Shown piece by piece: positions 30,104-40,405 of a DNA stretch of 64,000 nucleotides. Origin of the DNA: a bacterium. GTDB lineage: Bacteria; Patescibacteriota; Minisyncoccia; JAHIHE01; JAGLIN01. Position 1 is the stretch's first letter; the number at the start of each line of letters is the position of its first letter. The stretch covers positions 4,206-68,205 of the forward strand of contig DAOWDU010000031.1 of assembly GCA_030638825.1 (NCBI GenBank), in the 5' to 3' direction. The notes beneath the pieces are model-generated. The model worked only from the letters and a program-made list of their open reading frames with translations, made no database searches and was not told the DNA's origin. The translations under genes and the position numbers were made by a program.

Positions 30104-30598
30104 ATGCCAGAAATATTTTCAAAATTAGGATTAGATTATAAACTAATCATCGCGCAAATAGTAAATTTTGTTTTGCTTTTAATAATTTTACAGCGACTTG
30201 CCTATAAGCCAGTTTTAAAAATGCTTAAAAACAGAACTGACAAAATTGACAAAAGCTTAAAGCAAGCAAAAAAAATTGAAGAAGAACTGAAAAATACAGA
30301 AGAAACAAAACTCGCAGAAATTAAAAAAGCGAAATTAGAAGCGCAGGAGATAATCAAAGAAGCTTATGATACTTCAGAGAAAAAGTCACAGGAGTCTTTA
30401 GAAAAAACTAGATCCAAAACGCAGGAAATTGTAGAAAAAGCGAAGCAAGAAATCAAAGCAGAAAAAGAAAATTCCGTTCAGGAAGCCAAAAAAGAAATAG
30501 CCGATATTTCAATTTTAATCGCCAAAAAGATTATCGGAAAAAATATTGACGAGAATAAAGAGAAGGATTTGGTGGATGATGTTTTGAGGAAAGTTTAA
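30104..30598 (+). CDS. atpF: F0 ATP synthase subunit b
   Basis: AQIVNFVLL..L...AYKPV TM followed by a coiled coil. Confidence 0.93.
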   Translation: MPEIFSKLGLDYKLIIAQIVNFVLLLIILQRLAYKPVLKMLKNRTDKIDKSLKQAKKIEEELKNTEETKLAEIKKAKLEAQEIIKEAYDTSEKKSQESLEKTRSKTQEIVEKAKQEIKAEKENSVQEAKKEIADISILIAKKIIGKNIDENKEKDLVDDVLRKV

Positions 30599-30607
30599 TT
30601 TAACAAT

Positions 30608-30994
30608 ATGAAAATAACCCCTAAACAATACGCAATCAGCCTTTATGAAACAACAAAAAATGTTGACGAATTTAAAATGGAAAAAAGAATAAAAAACTTT
30701 GTGAGTATTTTAAAAAAGAATAATGATTTGTCGCTGGCGGACAAAATAAAGGATGAATATAATAAACATCACAGAAATCAAAAGAATATTTCCAAGATTG
30801 AAATTATTAGCAGTAATAAATTAGACTCTGAAATATTAAATAGAATTATCCAAAAATTTGAAAATCAAATTGAAGTTGAAGAAAAAATTGATGAATCTTT
30901 GATTAACGGAATAGTGATTAAGATTAATGATGATGTTTTGATTGATGGGAGTGTGAAAAGGAAGTTGGAGGATTTGAGAAAAGAGTTGGTGTAG
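30608..30994 (+). CDS. atpH: F1 ATP synthase subunit delta (short form)
   Basis: KQYAISL, IDESLINGIVI, IDGSVKRKL. Confidence 0.88.
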   Translation: MKITPKQYAISLYETTKNVDEFKMEKRIKNFVSILKKNNDLSLADKIKDEYNKHHRNQKNISKIEIISSNKLDSEILNRIIQKFENQIEVEEKIDESLINGIVIKINDDVLIDGSVKRKLEDLRKELV

Positions 30995-31014
30995 AATTTA
31001 CTGTCATTTTTCAC

Positions 31015-31139
31015 TGTCATTGCGAGGAAGCCTGAGCGAGCGTAGCGAGCGAGATGGCGACGAAGCAATCCCAGTATTAAATTCCTCGTGCATAGTTACG
31101 GGATTGCTTCGTCGCTCTGCGGAGCTCCTCGCAATGACA
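31015..31139. repeat. Palindromic element family A
   Basis: Full copy between atpH and atpA. Confidence 0.9.
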
Positions 31140-31162
31140 TTTAACAATATAACAATATATTT

Positions 31163-32656
31163 ATGAACAGCCATATAATCGAAACACTAAAACAACAAAT
31201 CACCCAAGCTAAAATTGAGACGGAAGTTGAGAAAGTGGGACAGGTCGTCAAAATCGCCGATGGAGTCGCGACTCTGAGCGGGCTGACGAATGTCATGAGC
31301 GGAGAATTGATAGAATTTCCAAACCAAATTTTTGGCGTCGCGCTTAATCTTGAAGAAGACAGCATTGGCGCGATGATTTTGGGAGATTATCTGCAAATCA
31401 AAGAAGGCGATACCGTAAAAAGTTCTGGGAAAATTTTAGAAGTTCCCGTCGGCGAAGAGATGGTTGGACGAGTTGTCAATACTTTAGGACATCCAATAGA
31501 CGGCAAGGGCGAAATTAAAACCGACAAGTTTTATCCTGTGGAAAAAATCGCGCCAGGCGTGATTACCAGAAAATCAGTAAACAGTCCCCTTCAAACAGGA
31601 ATTAAAGCGATTGATTCAATGATTCCAATCGGACGCGGACAAAGAGAATTAATTATTGGAGACAGACAGACAGGAAAAACCGCCATTGCTATTGATACAA
31701 TTATTAACCAAAAAGACAAAGATGTTATTTGCATTTATGTCGCAATCGGACAGAAAGAATCCAAAGTCGCCAGAATTGTCGCCAAGCTGGAAGAAAGCGG
31801 CGCGATGGAACACACAATTGTCGTCCTTGCTGGCGCTTCTGATCCGGCTTCTATGTCCTACATTGCTCCCTACGCTGGTTGCGCAATGGGAGAATATTTT
31901 ATGGATCAAGGCAAAGACGCTTTAATTATTTACGATGACTTAAGCAAACACGCCTGGGCGTATCGGCAAGTTTCTTTGATTTTAAGACGACCACCAGGAA
32001 GAGAAGCTTATCCGGGAGATATTTTTTATTTACATTCTAGATTATTAGAAAGAGCGGCAAAGCTGAGTAAAAAATACGGTAGCGGATCTTTGACCGCCTT
32101 GCCAATTATTGAAACGCAAGCAGGCGATGTCTCGGCTTACATTCCGACTAATGTTATTTCTATTACAGACGGACAGATATTTTTGGAAACTGATTTATTT
32201 TATCAAGGAATTAGACCAGCGGTAAATCCGGGTATTTCCGTTTCCCGTGTCGGCTCTTCCGCTCAAACAAAAGCAATGAAAAAAGTCGCTGGAAAGTTAA
32301 GATTAGAACTGGCCCAATTCAGAGAACTCGCCGCTTTCGCGCAATTCAGTTCTGATTTGGATAAAGAAACAAAGCAACGAATTGAACGAGGAAAAAGATT
32401 AACAGAAGTTTTAAAGCAAGATCAATATGTCCCAATGTCAACCGAATCGCAAGTAACAATAATCTTCGCCACAGTTAATGGATTTTTGGATGATATTGAA
32501 ATTGAAAAAGTAAAGGATTTTGAAAAAGGGTTATTAGAATATATGGAAGAAAAACATAAGGATGTTTTAGATGGGATTAGGGAAGATGGGGATATTTCGG
32601 ACGAGGGGAAATTGAAAGAGATTGTTGAGAAGTTTAAGAAGAGGTTTGTGAACTAA
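31163..32656 (+). CDS. atpA: F1 ATP synthase subunit alpha
   Basis: [29 protein letters not shown]. Confidence 0.99.
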   Translation: MNSHIIETLKQQITQAKIETEVEKVGQVVKIADGVATLSGLTNVMSGELIEFPNQIFGVALNLEEDSIGAMILGDYLQIKEGDTVKSSGKILEVPVGEEMVGRVVNTLGHPIDGKGEIKTDKFYPVEKIAPGVITRKSVNSPLQTGIKAIDSMIPIGRGQRELIIGDRQTGKTAIAIDTIINQKDKDVICIYVAIGQKESKVARIVAKLEESGAMEHTIVVLAGASDPASMSYIAPYAGCAMGEYFMDQGKDALIIYDDLSKHAWAYRQVSLILRRPPGREAYPGDIFYLHSRLLERAAKLSKKYGSGSLTALPIIETQAGDVSAYIPTNVISITDGQIFLETDLFYQGIRPAVNPGISVSRVGSSAQTKAMKKVAGKLRLELAQFRELAAFAQFSSDLDKETKQRIERGKRLTEVLKQDQYVPMSTESQVTIIFATVNGFLDDIEIEKVKDFEKGLLEYMEEKHKDVLDGIREDGDISDEGKLKEIVEKFKKRFVN

Positions 32657-32776
32657 TCAAAAAACCCTGCTTTACACAGAGTTTCTTGATGTAATTCTGA
32701 TTGCTATCCAAAGTTGACTATTACCAGTATAGCAGATTTAAAGATCCTATCAATAGCACTAATATTTTTCTGCTCG

Positions 32777-32852
32777 TTGAAATTTAATTTCCCTTTTTTC
32801 ATTTCACAATATTGTTGTGAAGTGAAAAAAAAGAAAAAAGAGAGAAAAAATT
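32777..32852 (-). repeat. Conserved cassette 3' element (34 nt identical to 36614-36647) plus downstream arm
   Basis: ttgaaatttaatttcccttttttcatttcacaat...ttgtgaagtgaaaaaaaag hairpin. Confidence 0.8.
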
Positions 32853-32875
32853 GTGCGGTCTGTGGTCTTTGTTTT

Positions 32876-33397
32876 CTACTCCAACTTAAACATGGCAGTA
32901 GAATTAACAAACTTCACGAAAGTTAAAGTTTGTCCAGACGAAAGCGTGATACTCTCATTCTTTTGAAGATCAGCAGTCCATCTAATAAAGATGGAATTCC
33001 TTTTCAAATCTTTATAAGAAACATAAAAATCTGTTCCTGGAATCTCGACTGCCGGTTCTCTCAGCACCACAAACTCCTCATGATGGCAAGCCCTGTCAAT
33101 AGACAGATTAATCTCTCCTGAATCGGAGAAATTAAGGAACTTTATTACAGTTCCCTTGTCTGTTATATAAGACTCGCCCAGTCTTATAAGATGAGGACCA
33201 TGGCTGATCCTCACTGAGTCCACTTTACCAAAATTTTCAAAGTAATCTTCAGTTCTTATCTGAAGAATATATCCTTCGGGCAACTCATCCTCTGTGATGA
33301 ATTCGGTCTCAGTGGCCTTCTCGTAATATGTCGTGGCAAGCACGAACGCTATTATGAAAAACATAGCGGTAAAAAATATTGCATTGTACTTGTTCAT
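32876..33397 (-). CDS. Orphan membrane-anchored protein, antisense within the atp operon (cassette cargo)
   Basis: AGGTGA SD, N-terminal TM, own promoter and boxA. Confidence 0.7.
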   Translation of the reverse strand: MNKYNAIFFTAMFFIIAFVLATTYYEKATETEFITEDELPEGYILQIRTEDYFENFGKVDSVRISHGPHLIRLGESYITDKGTVIKFLNFSDSGEINLSIDRACHHEEFVVLREPAVEIPGTDFYVSYKDLKRNSIFIRWTADLQKNESITLSSGQTLTFVKFVNSTAMFKLE

Positions 33398-33530
33398 AAA
33401 TAATCACCTATCTATATTCCTAATCAGAAGTTCGGCTAAGCCATTGAATCTTCTTCATTTTTAGGACAGTAAGCTAATCGTAATTTTATTATAATCAACT
33501 TACTGCCCTGAAGAATAATTTTTCTCTCTT

Positions 33531-33542
33531 TTTTCAAAGAAC
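33531..33542 (-). promoter_or_regulatory. boxA GTTCTTTGAAAA
   Basis: Matches the Firmicutes-type rrn boxA; identical at 36971-36982. Confidence 0.6.
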
Positions 33543-33618
33543 TCGGCGTTAATTCTATCCCTTATAATAAACAACAGAATTAAACGCACTGATTACGCTA
33601 TGTTTAGCATAACGGGAA

Positions 33619-33647
33619 ATTGTATCATAAATTCATAAACCTGTCAA
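33619..33647 (-). promoter_or_regulatory. Antisense sigma70 promoter
   Basis: TTGACA-N17-TACAAT with extended -10 TG; followed by hairpin ttatgcta-aaca-tagcgtaa. Confidence 0.7.
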
Positions 33648-33651
33648 GACT

Positions 33652-34569
33652 ATGCAATCCACCCAGCAAATTAGAAGACAAATCCAGTCAACAAAAAATA
33701 CCTCCCAAATTACAAAGGCAATGGAGATGGTTTCGGCTGCGAAGATGAGAAAAAGTCAGGAGGCCGCTTTGATGGCGAGACCTTACGCCGAAGGAGCGTT
33801 GCATATTTTGGAAAATGTGAGTGAGTCAATTGAACCGAGGAAGCATATTTTGTTGGAAAGAAGAGAAACGAAAAATGTCTGCCTTTTTGTTGTTACTTCT
33901 GACAAAGGATTGTGTGGCGGACTAAACAGCGGCGTTATTAAAGAAGCATCAAAGATAATCAAAGAAAATGAAGCGAGAAATATAAAAGTAAGCATCGTCG
34001 CCATCGGCAAAAAAGCGGAAAGTTATTTTAAGAAAACAAAAAATGATGTCATCGCAATTTTCAACGGCATTGGCGATTCAGTGGAACTGAAAGAAACTTT
34101 GCCCATTTCAAAATTACTGATAACCGATTTTAGAGATAAAAAATTTGACAAAGTGATGGCGATTTACACTAATTTCGTTTCCACTTTAAAGCAGGACACA
34201 AGAGTCAAAACTATTCTGCCAATTACAAGAAGAAGCTTGGAAGAAACGATAGAAGAAATAGAAGATATTATTCCGAAAGACAGTAAAGACGGAAATGGCA
34301 ATAATAATTTAGAATACAAATTTGAACCATCTTCCAGCGAGGTTTTATGCAAACTGCTCCCAAACCTAATTGAAATCCAGTCTTATCACATTATCTTAGA
34401 ATCCAACGCCTCCGAACATAGCGCCAGAATGGTCGCAATGAAAACTGCCACAGACAGCGCGCGGGATATGCTGGAAGATTTGAATTTGTCGTATAATTAT
34501 ATTAGACAACAGAAGATCACACAGGAGATTAGCGAGATTTCAGCGGGGGTAGCGGCGCAGGAGGGATAG
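33652..34569 (+). CDS. atpG: F1 ATP synthase subunit gamma
   Basis: ITKAMEMVSAAK, SDKGLCGGLN, ASEHSARMVAM, RQQKITQEISEI. Confidence 0.98.
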   Translation: MQSTQQIRRQIQSTKNTSQITKAMEMVSAAKMRKSQEAALMARPYAEGALHILENVSESIEPRKHILLERRETKNVCLFVVTSDKGLCGGLNSGVIKEASKIIKENEARNIKVSIVAIGKKAESYFKKTKNDVIAIFNGIGDSVELKETLPISKLLITDFRDKKFDKVMAIYTNFVSTLKQDTRVKTILPITRRSLEETIEEIEDIIPKDSKDGNGNNNLEYKFEPSSSEVLCKLLPNLIEIQSYHIILESNASEHSARMVAMKTATDSARDMLEDLNLSYNYIRQQKITQEISEISAGVAAQEG

Positions 34570-34650
34570 TTAAAAGTTCATAAAGTTATAAAGTTCATAA
34601 AGTTGACGAATTAATTACTTTTTACTTTATAAACTTTATAACTTTCTACT
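34568..34650. repeat. Inverted array of (ata)aagtt units
   Basis: Homologous to 10626-10735. Confidence 0.7.
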
Positions 34651-34655
34651 AATCC

Positions 34656-34668
34656 TGTACTTTGAAAA
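34656..34668 (+). promoter_or_regulatory. boxA-like motif TGTACTTTGAAAA
   Basis: One mismatch to GTTCTTTGAAAA; precedes arm and SD. Confidence 0.5.
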
Positions 34669-34731
34669 TCTAAAAATTGAGTTTTGGAAAAGCATTTGAA
34701 ATGCTTTAAAAAAACATAAGGAGGGTATTAA

Positions 34732-34977
34732 TTGAGAATAAAAAATAATGCAGAAAGAATAATAGAAAGAATGGGACTAACACTAATAGGCAATATTAGT
34801 ATTAAAGGAATAGAAATAACAGAAAAAGAAATAGGGTCTTTAATATTCAAATATGGTAACTATTCTTTTTTTATGGATTCAAGCACATATATGGTTTATG
34901 GAATTAGACCAGGAAAAATGAAAAGAATAGGAAAGCTTGTTGTTTCGGAAAGCAATCATCTAGGAATAGAAAGATAA
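34732..34977 (+). CDS. Orphan 81-aa protein (cassette cargo) between atpG and atpD
   Basis: TAAGGAGG SD, TTG start, flanking inverted arms. Confidence 0.6.
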   Translation: MRIKNNAERIIERMGLTLIGNISIKGIEITEKEIGSLIFKYGNYSFFMDSSTYMVYGIRPGKMKRIGKLVVSESNHLGIER

Positions 34978-35042
34978 AAATTTCTATTTCTTATTTTTCC
35001 AAACCCCAATTTTAAAAACTTGTTAAAATGTTTAAATGTTAA

Positions 35043-36434
<1,392 letters not shown>

Positions 36435-36440
36435 AAACAA

Positions 36441-36549
36441 CGAGGGTTCCATAGTCTCCGCAGAGCTGTGGAACCCAGAATGCAAGGATTGCAAATGCGG
36501 TGCCACAGCCTAACTCCGCTACGGCTCCGTTTCGGACTACGGCACCGTC
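36441..36549. repeat. Palindromic element family B
   Basis: cgagggttccatagtctccgcagagctgtggaacc...ggcaccgtc. Confidence 0.8.
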
Positions 36550-36613
36550 ATTCCGTCACCTCACCTCAAACCAACAAAAAACAGCTCTTTTAAAAAAACT
36601 GTTCTTCTGAACT

Positions 36614-36733
36614 TTGAAATTTAATTTCCCTTTTTTCATTTCACAATTCTGTCATCTTGAGCAATGTCGTCCTAAACCTGTCGAAGAATTGTCAAAGGAT
36701 TGTGGAGTGAAAAAAAGAAAAAAGAAAAAAATT
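36614..36733 (-). repeat. Conserved cassette 3' element with a degenerate family C-like element in its hairpin loop
   Basis: 34 nt identical to 32777-32810; loop replaced by gtcatcttgagcaatgtcgtcctaaacctgtcgaag... Confidence 0.75.
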
Positions 36734-36909
36734 TACTTAAGATCTGGCATGCTCATAATGCAATAAGCACATCCGCATTTAGAGCAATTGCCACCCCATG
36801 TTTGTTCTCCATTTAGGATGGATTCGTATATTCTCACTTCAAACATCTCGCTTGCCTCGCAATAAGGACAAGTAGTCTTTGCATCAATAATAACTGGCAT
36901 AAAATCCAT
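36733..36909 (-). CDS. Small zinc-ribbon-like orphan protein (cassette cargo), antisense within the atp operon
   Basis: AGGAGGTGA SD before ATG 36909; CPYC...CSKC. Confidence 0.65.
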   Translation of the reverse strand: MDFMPVIIDAKTTCPYCEASEMFEVRIYESILNGEQTWGGNCSKCGCAYCIMSMPDLK

Positions 36910-36970
36910 TTTATTCACCTCCTACTAATATAAATTATTACGATTAACATAAAAAGTAATTCTTTTCCTT

Positions 36971-36982
36971 TTTTCAAAGAAC
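36971..36982 (-). promoter_or_regulatory. boxA GTTCTTTGAAAA
   Basis: Identical to 33531-33542. Confidence 0.6.
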
Positions 36983-37055
36983 CCCGCAATCAATCTTATT
37001 TCTTTTTTAAATAAAACCAATCACATCGTTTACGCTATTTTTAGCATAACACCGC

Positions 37056-37084
37056 ATTCTATCATAACTTTAAACTTATGTCAA
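37056..37084 (-). promoter_or_regulatory. Antisense sigma70 promoter overlapping the atpC start
   Basis: TTGACA-N17-TAGAAT with extended TG; followed by hairpin ttatgcta-aaaa-tagcgtaa. Confidence 0.7.
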
Positions 37085-37500
37085 CCCCAAAAATAAACCT
37101 CCAAATAATCACCCCTGAAAAAATCGCTTATAAAGATAAAGCGGATCAGATTACTTTGCCGACGGGAGATGGGGAGATAACCATTATGGCAAATCATATC
37201 CCGCTGATTAGCACGATGAAGCACGGGGAATTAGTTATTAAAAACGACGGGAAAGAAATTCCAATGGCAGTTTGCAATGGGTTTATTGAAGTGAAAAGAA
37301 ACTGCATAATTATTATGACCGATATCGCCGAACGAGTGGAAGAAATTGATGAGCAAAAAGCGGAAGAAGCAAAGAAAAAAGCGAAAGATTTATTAAAAGA
37401 AAAAGACAGAATATCTGATGTTGCGTTTGCGGATGCGACAGCGTTGTTGGAAAAATCGCTGGCGAGGATTAGAGTGGCGAGGAGAAGGAAACGAAGGTAA
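37078..37500 (+). CDS. atpC: F1 ATP synthase subunit epsilon
   Basis: LQIITPE, GEITIMANHIPL, GFIEV. Confidence 0.95.
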   Translation: MSTPKINLQIITPEKIAYKDKADQITLPTGDGEITIMANHIPLISTMKHGELVIKNDGKEIPMAVCNGFIEVKRNCIIIMTDIAERVEEIDEQKAEEAKKKAKDLLKEKDRISDVAFADATALLEKSLARIRVARRRKRR

Positions 37501-37502
37501 AC

Positions 37503-37657
37503 AAATTTCTAATTTTCAATTTCTAATTTCTATTGAATTTCTAATTCTTTAATTTCTAAATTTTTTATTATTTAAAATGTTGTTTGAAAATTTAGTTATT
37601 GAAAATTTAGTTATTGAAAATTTAATAGAAATTGAAAATTAGAAATTAGAAATTAAT
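37503..37657. repeat. Inverted array of AATTTCT/AGAAATT heptamers
   Basis: Homologue of 13532-13670. Confidence 0.75.
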
Positions 37658-37658
37658 T

Positions 37659-38672
37659 ATGAATGTTCAACAAGCTCTCAAAGCTTCCGCTAATAAATTG
37701 AAATTACAAAACATCTCCTCTTTCGTTCTTGATGTAGAAGTTTTATTGTTGGAAGCGTTGAATAGAAATAACAACGCCCCTCACCCCAGCCCTCTCCCGC
37801 GGGGAGAGGGAGCTAAAAATAAAAGTTGGTTGTATTTGAATAATGAATATATTTTAAATAAAAAAGAAGAAGAATTATTTAATGATTTTATAAAGCAGAG
37901 GTTAGAAAATAAACCAGTTGCTTATATCATCAATAAAAAAGAATTTTACGGGTATGACTTTTATGTTGATAAAAATGTTTTAATCCCCCGCCCCGAAACG
38001 GAATTAATGATTGAAGAAGTTTTGAAAATTTTATCTGGAGTTCACACTTTAGTGTGTAAAAATTCAGACACAAATAAAATAAATTCCTACAGGTTAAAAC
38101 CTGAACTCCAGAATTTTAATTTAATAGACATCGGCACAGGATCAGGATGTATCATTATAAGTATTTTAAATGAATTAACAAAAAATAAAATTAATAAAAT
38201 TATTTACAACGCTTACGCAAACGATATTTCTTTAGAAGCGATTAATGTAGCAAAAATAAATGCGAAAAAATATAATCTAAATAAAAAAATAAGATTTATT
38301 AAAGATGATTTTGAAAAGTTTTTAGATAAAGAAGATATTTATACTTCTGATAAAATTATTATCACCGCCAATTTGCCCTACATAAAAAATGGCGACTATA
38401 AAAATCTTTCTGAAAATGTAAGAAAATACGAACCTAAAATCGCGCTCACAGCGGGAAAAAACGGCTTAGATTATATAGGAAAATTAATTAATTTAATATC
38501 TAAAAAACAACTAAAATCAAATCAGAAAATATACTTATTTCTTGAAGCCGATCCAGATCAGATGAGTGAAATAACGGCTATTTTAAGGGAAAGGTTAGCT
38601 AATGTAGATGTTGAAATTATTAGAGATTTGAGTGGTAAAGAAAGGATTGTTAAATTATTATTTGGAAATTAA
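37659..38672 (+). CDS. prmC: Release factor glutamine methyltransferase PrmC/HemK with two in-frame repeat insertions
   Basis: PVAYI, VLIPRPETE, DIGTGSG, ANLPY, YEP..AL. Confidence 0.93.
   Translation: MNVQQALKASANKLKLQNISSFVLDVEVLLLEALNRNNNAPHPSPLPRGEGAKNKSWLYLNNEYILNKKEEELFNDFIKQRLENKPVAYIINKKEFYGYDFYVDKNVLIPRPETELMIEEVLKILSGVHTLVCKNSDTNKINSYRLKPELQNFNLIDIGTGSGCIIISILNELTKNKINKIIYNAYANDISLEAINVAKINAKKYNLNKKIRFIKDDFEKFLDKEDIYTSDKIIITANLPYIKNGDYKNLSENVRKYEPKIALTAGKNGLDYIGKLINLISKKQLKSNQKIYLFLEADPDQMSEITAILRERLANVDVEIIRDLSGKERIVKLLFGN
37777..37812. repeat. GC-rich palindromic element in-frame in prmC (PHPSPLPRGEG)
   Basis: cccctcaccccagccctctcccgcggggagagggag in an otherwise AT-rich gene. 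Confidence 0.75.
38034..38112. repeat. Family E element in-frame in prmC
   Basis: Near-identical to intergenic 6127-6201. Confidence 0.9.
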
Positions 38673-38763
38673 TTGAAACTCGTAGAAATTTGTTGAAATT
38701 AATTGTTGTTTAAAAAATACAATTGAATTTCTATAAATTTCTACGAGTTTCTACAAATTTCTA
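38672..38763. repeat. Inverted array of gtagaaatt-like units
   Basis: Homologue of 22959-23057. Confidence 0.65.
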
Positions 38764-38782
38764 TATGCGCAGCAATTTAGAC

Positions 38783-38821
38783 AAATCTAAAACACGGCTA
38801 TCATAAACCGTGCTTAGATTT
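38783..38821. terminator. Hairpin/terminator between convergent prmC and the H1-like gene
   Basis: aaatctaa..cacgg...ccgtgcttagattt. Confidence 0.5.
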
Positions 38822-38829
38822 GCAAAAAA

Positions 38830-39021
38830 TTATTTTCTTTTTTTAACAGTTTTTCTTTTGGCTGGTTTTCTTTTAGCTGGTTTCTTCGCAACTTTTTTCT
38901 TCGCTGGTTTTCTTTTAGCAGTTTTTTTAACAACTCTTTTCTTCGCTGGTTTTTTCACAACTTTTCTTTTAGCTGGTTTCTTCGCAACTTTTTTCTTCGC
39001 TGGTTTTCTTTTTGTAACCAC
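38830..39021 (-). CDS. Histone H1-like Lys/Ala-rich basic protein (63 aa; start revised to GTG 39021)
   Basis: Repeats of KPAKK/KVAKK/KPAKR; AAGGAGGTGA SD. Confidence 0.8.
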   Translation of the reverse strand: MVTKRKPAKKKVAKKPAKRKVVKKPAKKRVVKKTAKRKPAKKKVAKKPAKRKPAKRKTVKKRK

Positions 39022-39109
39022 AGCGCTCACCTCCTTTCTTTTTAAATGTTTTTCGAAAATAAATCCCAAAAAATATTTTTAAAATTACTTTTTATTTTTT
39101 TCTAACTTA

Positions 39110-39137
39110 ATTATAACAATAAAAAAATATTTAGCAA
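39110..39137 (-). promoter_or_regulatory. Putative promoter of the H1-like gene
   Basis: TTGCTA-N16-TATAAT with extended TG. Confidence 0.5.
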
Positions 39138-39208
39138 TAGCAGTTTAAATAAAATGGAAAATTTTAATAACTTAATCTAAAATAAGAAAGGGGGTGGATA
39201 AAAAATAA

Positions 39209-39886
39209 ATGGAAAGTGAAATTGAAACAACAGACTTTAATAAAAAAGGATGGATTGGAAAAATAAAAGACTGGAGCTATGAAAATTGGCAAACAATATT
39301 AGTTGTCTTGATCGTCTTGATTGTTGGAATGAGCGCGTATAATTATAACCAGCAAAATAATCTTTCTGGCAAAAATTCTAGTTCTGTAGCTATAGTAGAT
39401 AATGATGAAACAGAAGTTGAAAATATTGACGAAGAAAAAACAAGTGAAGAAAATAATATAGATCAGGAAAAAATAGCAGAAGCTGATATTGAAAGTAAGG
39501 ATCAAGCAGAAGCCGCTAAAGAAGACAATGAAATGGAAACAAACGCAAATGAGGAAAAAAATACAGAAGAAGAAAATAACCCAGTGATTTCCACTTCAAA
39601 TGATTCTGGAAAAATCTACACGGTTTACGCAAATCGCGGAGAAGGAATAACTCACTTAGCAAGACGGGCTCTAAATGAATATTTGCAAGAAATTGGAGAA
39701 GAATCTGAATTAACCAAAGAACATAAAATTTATATAGAAGATTATCTTCAAAACAGAACAGGAACCGAAAGCATAGAAGTAAGCTATCAAGGAACTTTTT
39801 CAGAAAATTTGATAGAGGAAGCGGTTTCAAGCGCAAAACAATTGACACCGAATTCAATAAATAATCTTAGCAAATATATTAAATAA
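39209..39886 (+). CDS. Single-TM protein with acidic linker and C-terminal LysM-like domain
   Basis: TM ILVVLIVLIVG; YTVYANRGEGITHLARRAL. Confidence 0.65.
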   Translation: MESEIETTDFNKKGWIGKIKDWSYENWQTILVVLIVLIVGMSAYNYNQQNNLSGKNSSSVAIVDNDETEVENIDEEKTSEENNIDQEKIAEADIESKDQAEAAKEDNEMETNANEEKNTEEENNPVISTSNDSGKIYTVYANRGEGITHLARRALNEYLQEIGEESELTKEHKIYIEDYLQNRTGTESIEVSYQGTFSENLIEEAVSSAKQLTPNSINNLSKYIK

Positions 39887-39936
39887 AATAAAAAATTTAT
39901 AACGCTCTAAATATATAAACGCTTTTAAATTCAAAT

Positions 39937-39969
39937 AAAAAAACTTGGATGAATTATCCAAGTTTTTTT
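39937..39969. terminator. Bidirectional terminator
   Basis: aaaaaaacttggat-gaatt-atccaagttttttt. Confidence 0.75.
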
Positions 39970-39991
39970 GATATTTATTTTTTCAAATTTT

Positions 39992-40405
39992 CTAATCCGC
40001 TTTCTTAAGTTTATTTTCAATAAATTCTGTTATTTTTTCAGCAATTTCTATACAACCTCTCGCCTCGTTTTTGGAAAAAACTTTTATGTGACTCTCGGCA
40101 GGATAACGAGCAGGAATATATGATTGAGTTAACATTCTCAATTCTTTTTCAAATTGTGATAGATCAAGAAAGGATTTAGCTTTGTTAGCTAAAATATTAA
40201 GATTATGGATTTTATCTTTTTTGCTAAGTTTTCCCTTACTCGCTAATATCGTCGCCTTTATATATTTTTCAACCGCCTGTTGACACAAACAACAAATTTG
40301 ACTATAAAATTCTGTTTCTTTAAAAGAGGCTTTTGCAAACAACAAATCGTCTTTTCCTTTATATATCCAAGCACCTACTAATTCTTCATTTATATTTCTT
40401 TTCAT
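39992..40405 (-). CDS. HEPN domain protein
   Basis: QQAVEKYIKA, HNL, YIPARYP; overlaps the MNT gene. Confidence 0.85.
   Translation of the reverse strand: MKRNINEELVGAWIYKGKDDLLFAKASFKETEFYSQICCLCQQAVEKYIKATILASKGKLSKKDKIHNLNILANKAKSFLDLSQFEKELRMLTQSYIPARYPAESHIKVFSKNEARGCIEIAEKITEFIENKLKKAD

Noticed and set aside
32704-32926. Short ORFs 32704-32910 (-) and 32714-32926 (+)
   Set aside because: They span the low-complexity cassette 3' element, have no SD and have implausible composition.
38810-39082. Hydrophobic Phe-rich 90-aa ORF on the plus strand
   Set aside because: It is the antisense shadow of the Lys-rich H1-like gene, which has the SD and promoter.
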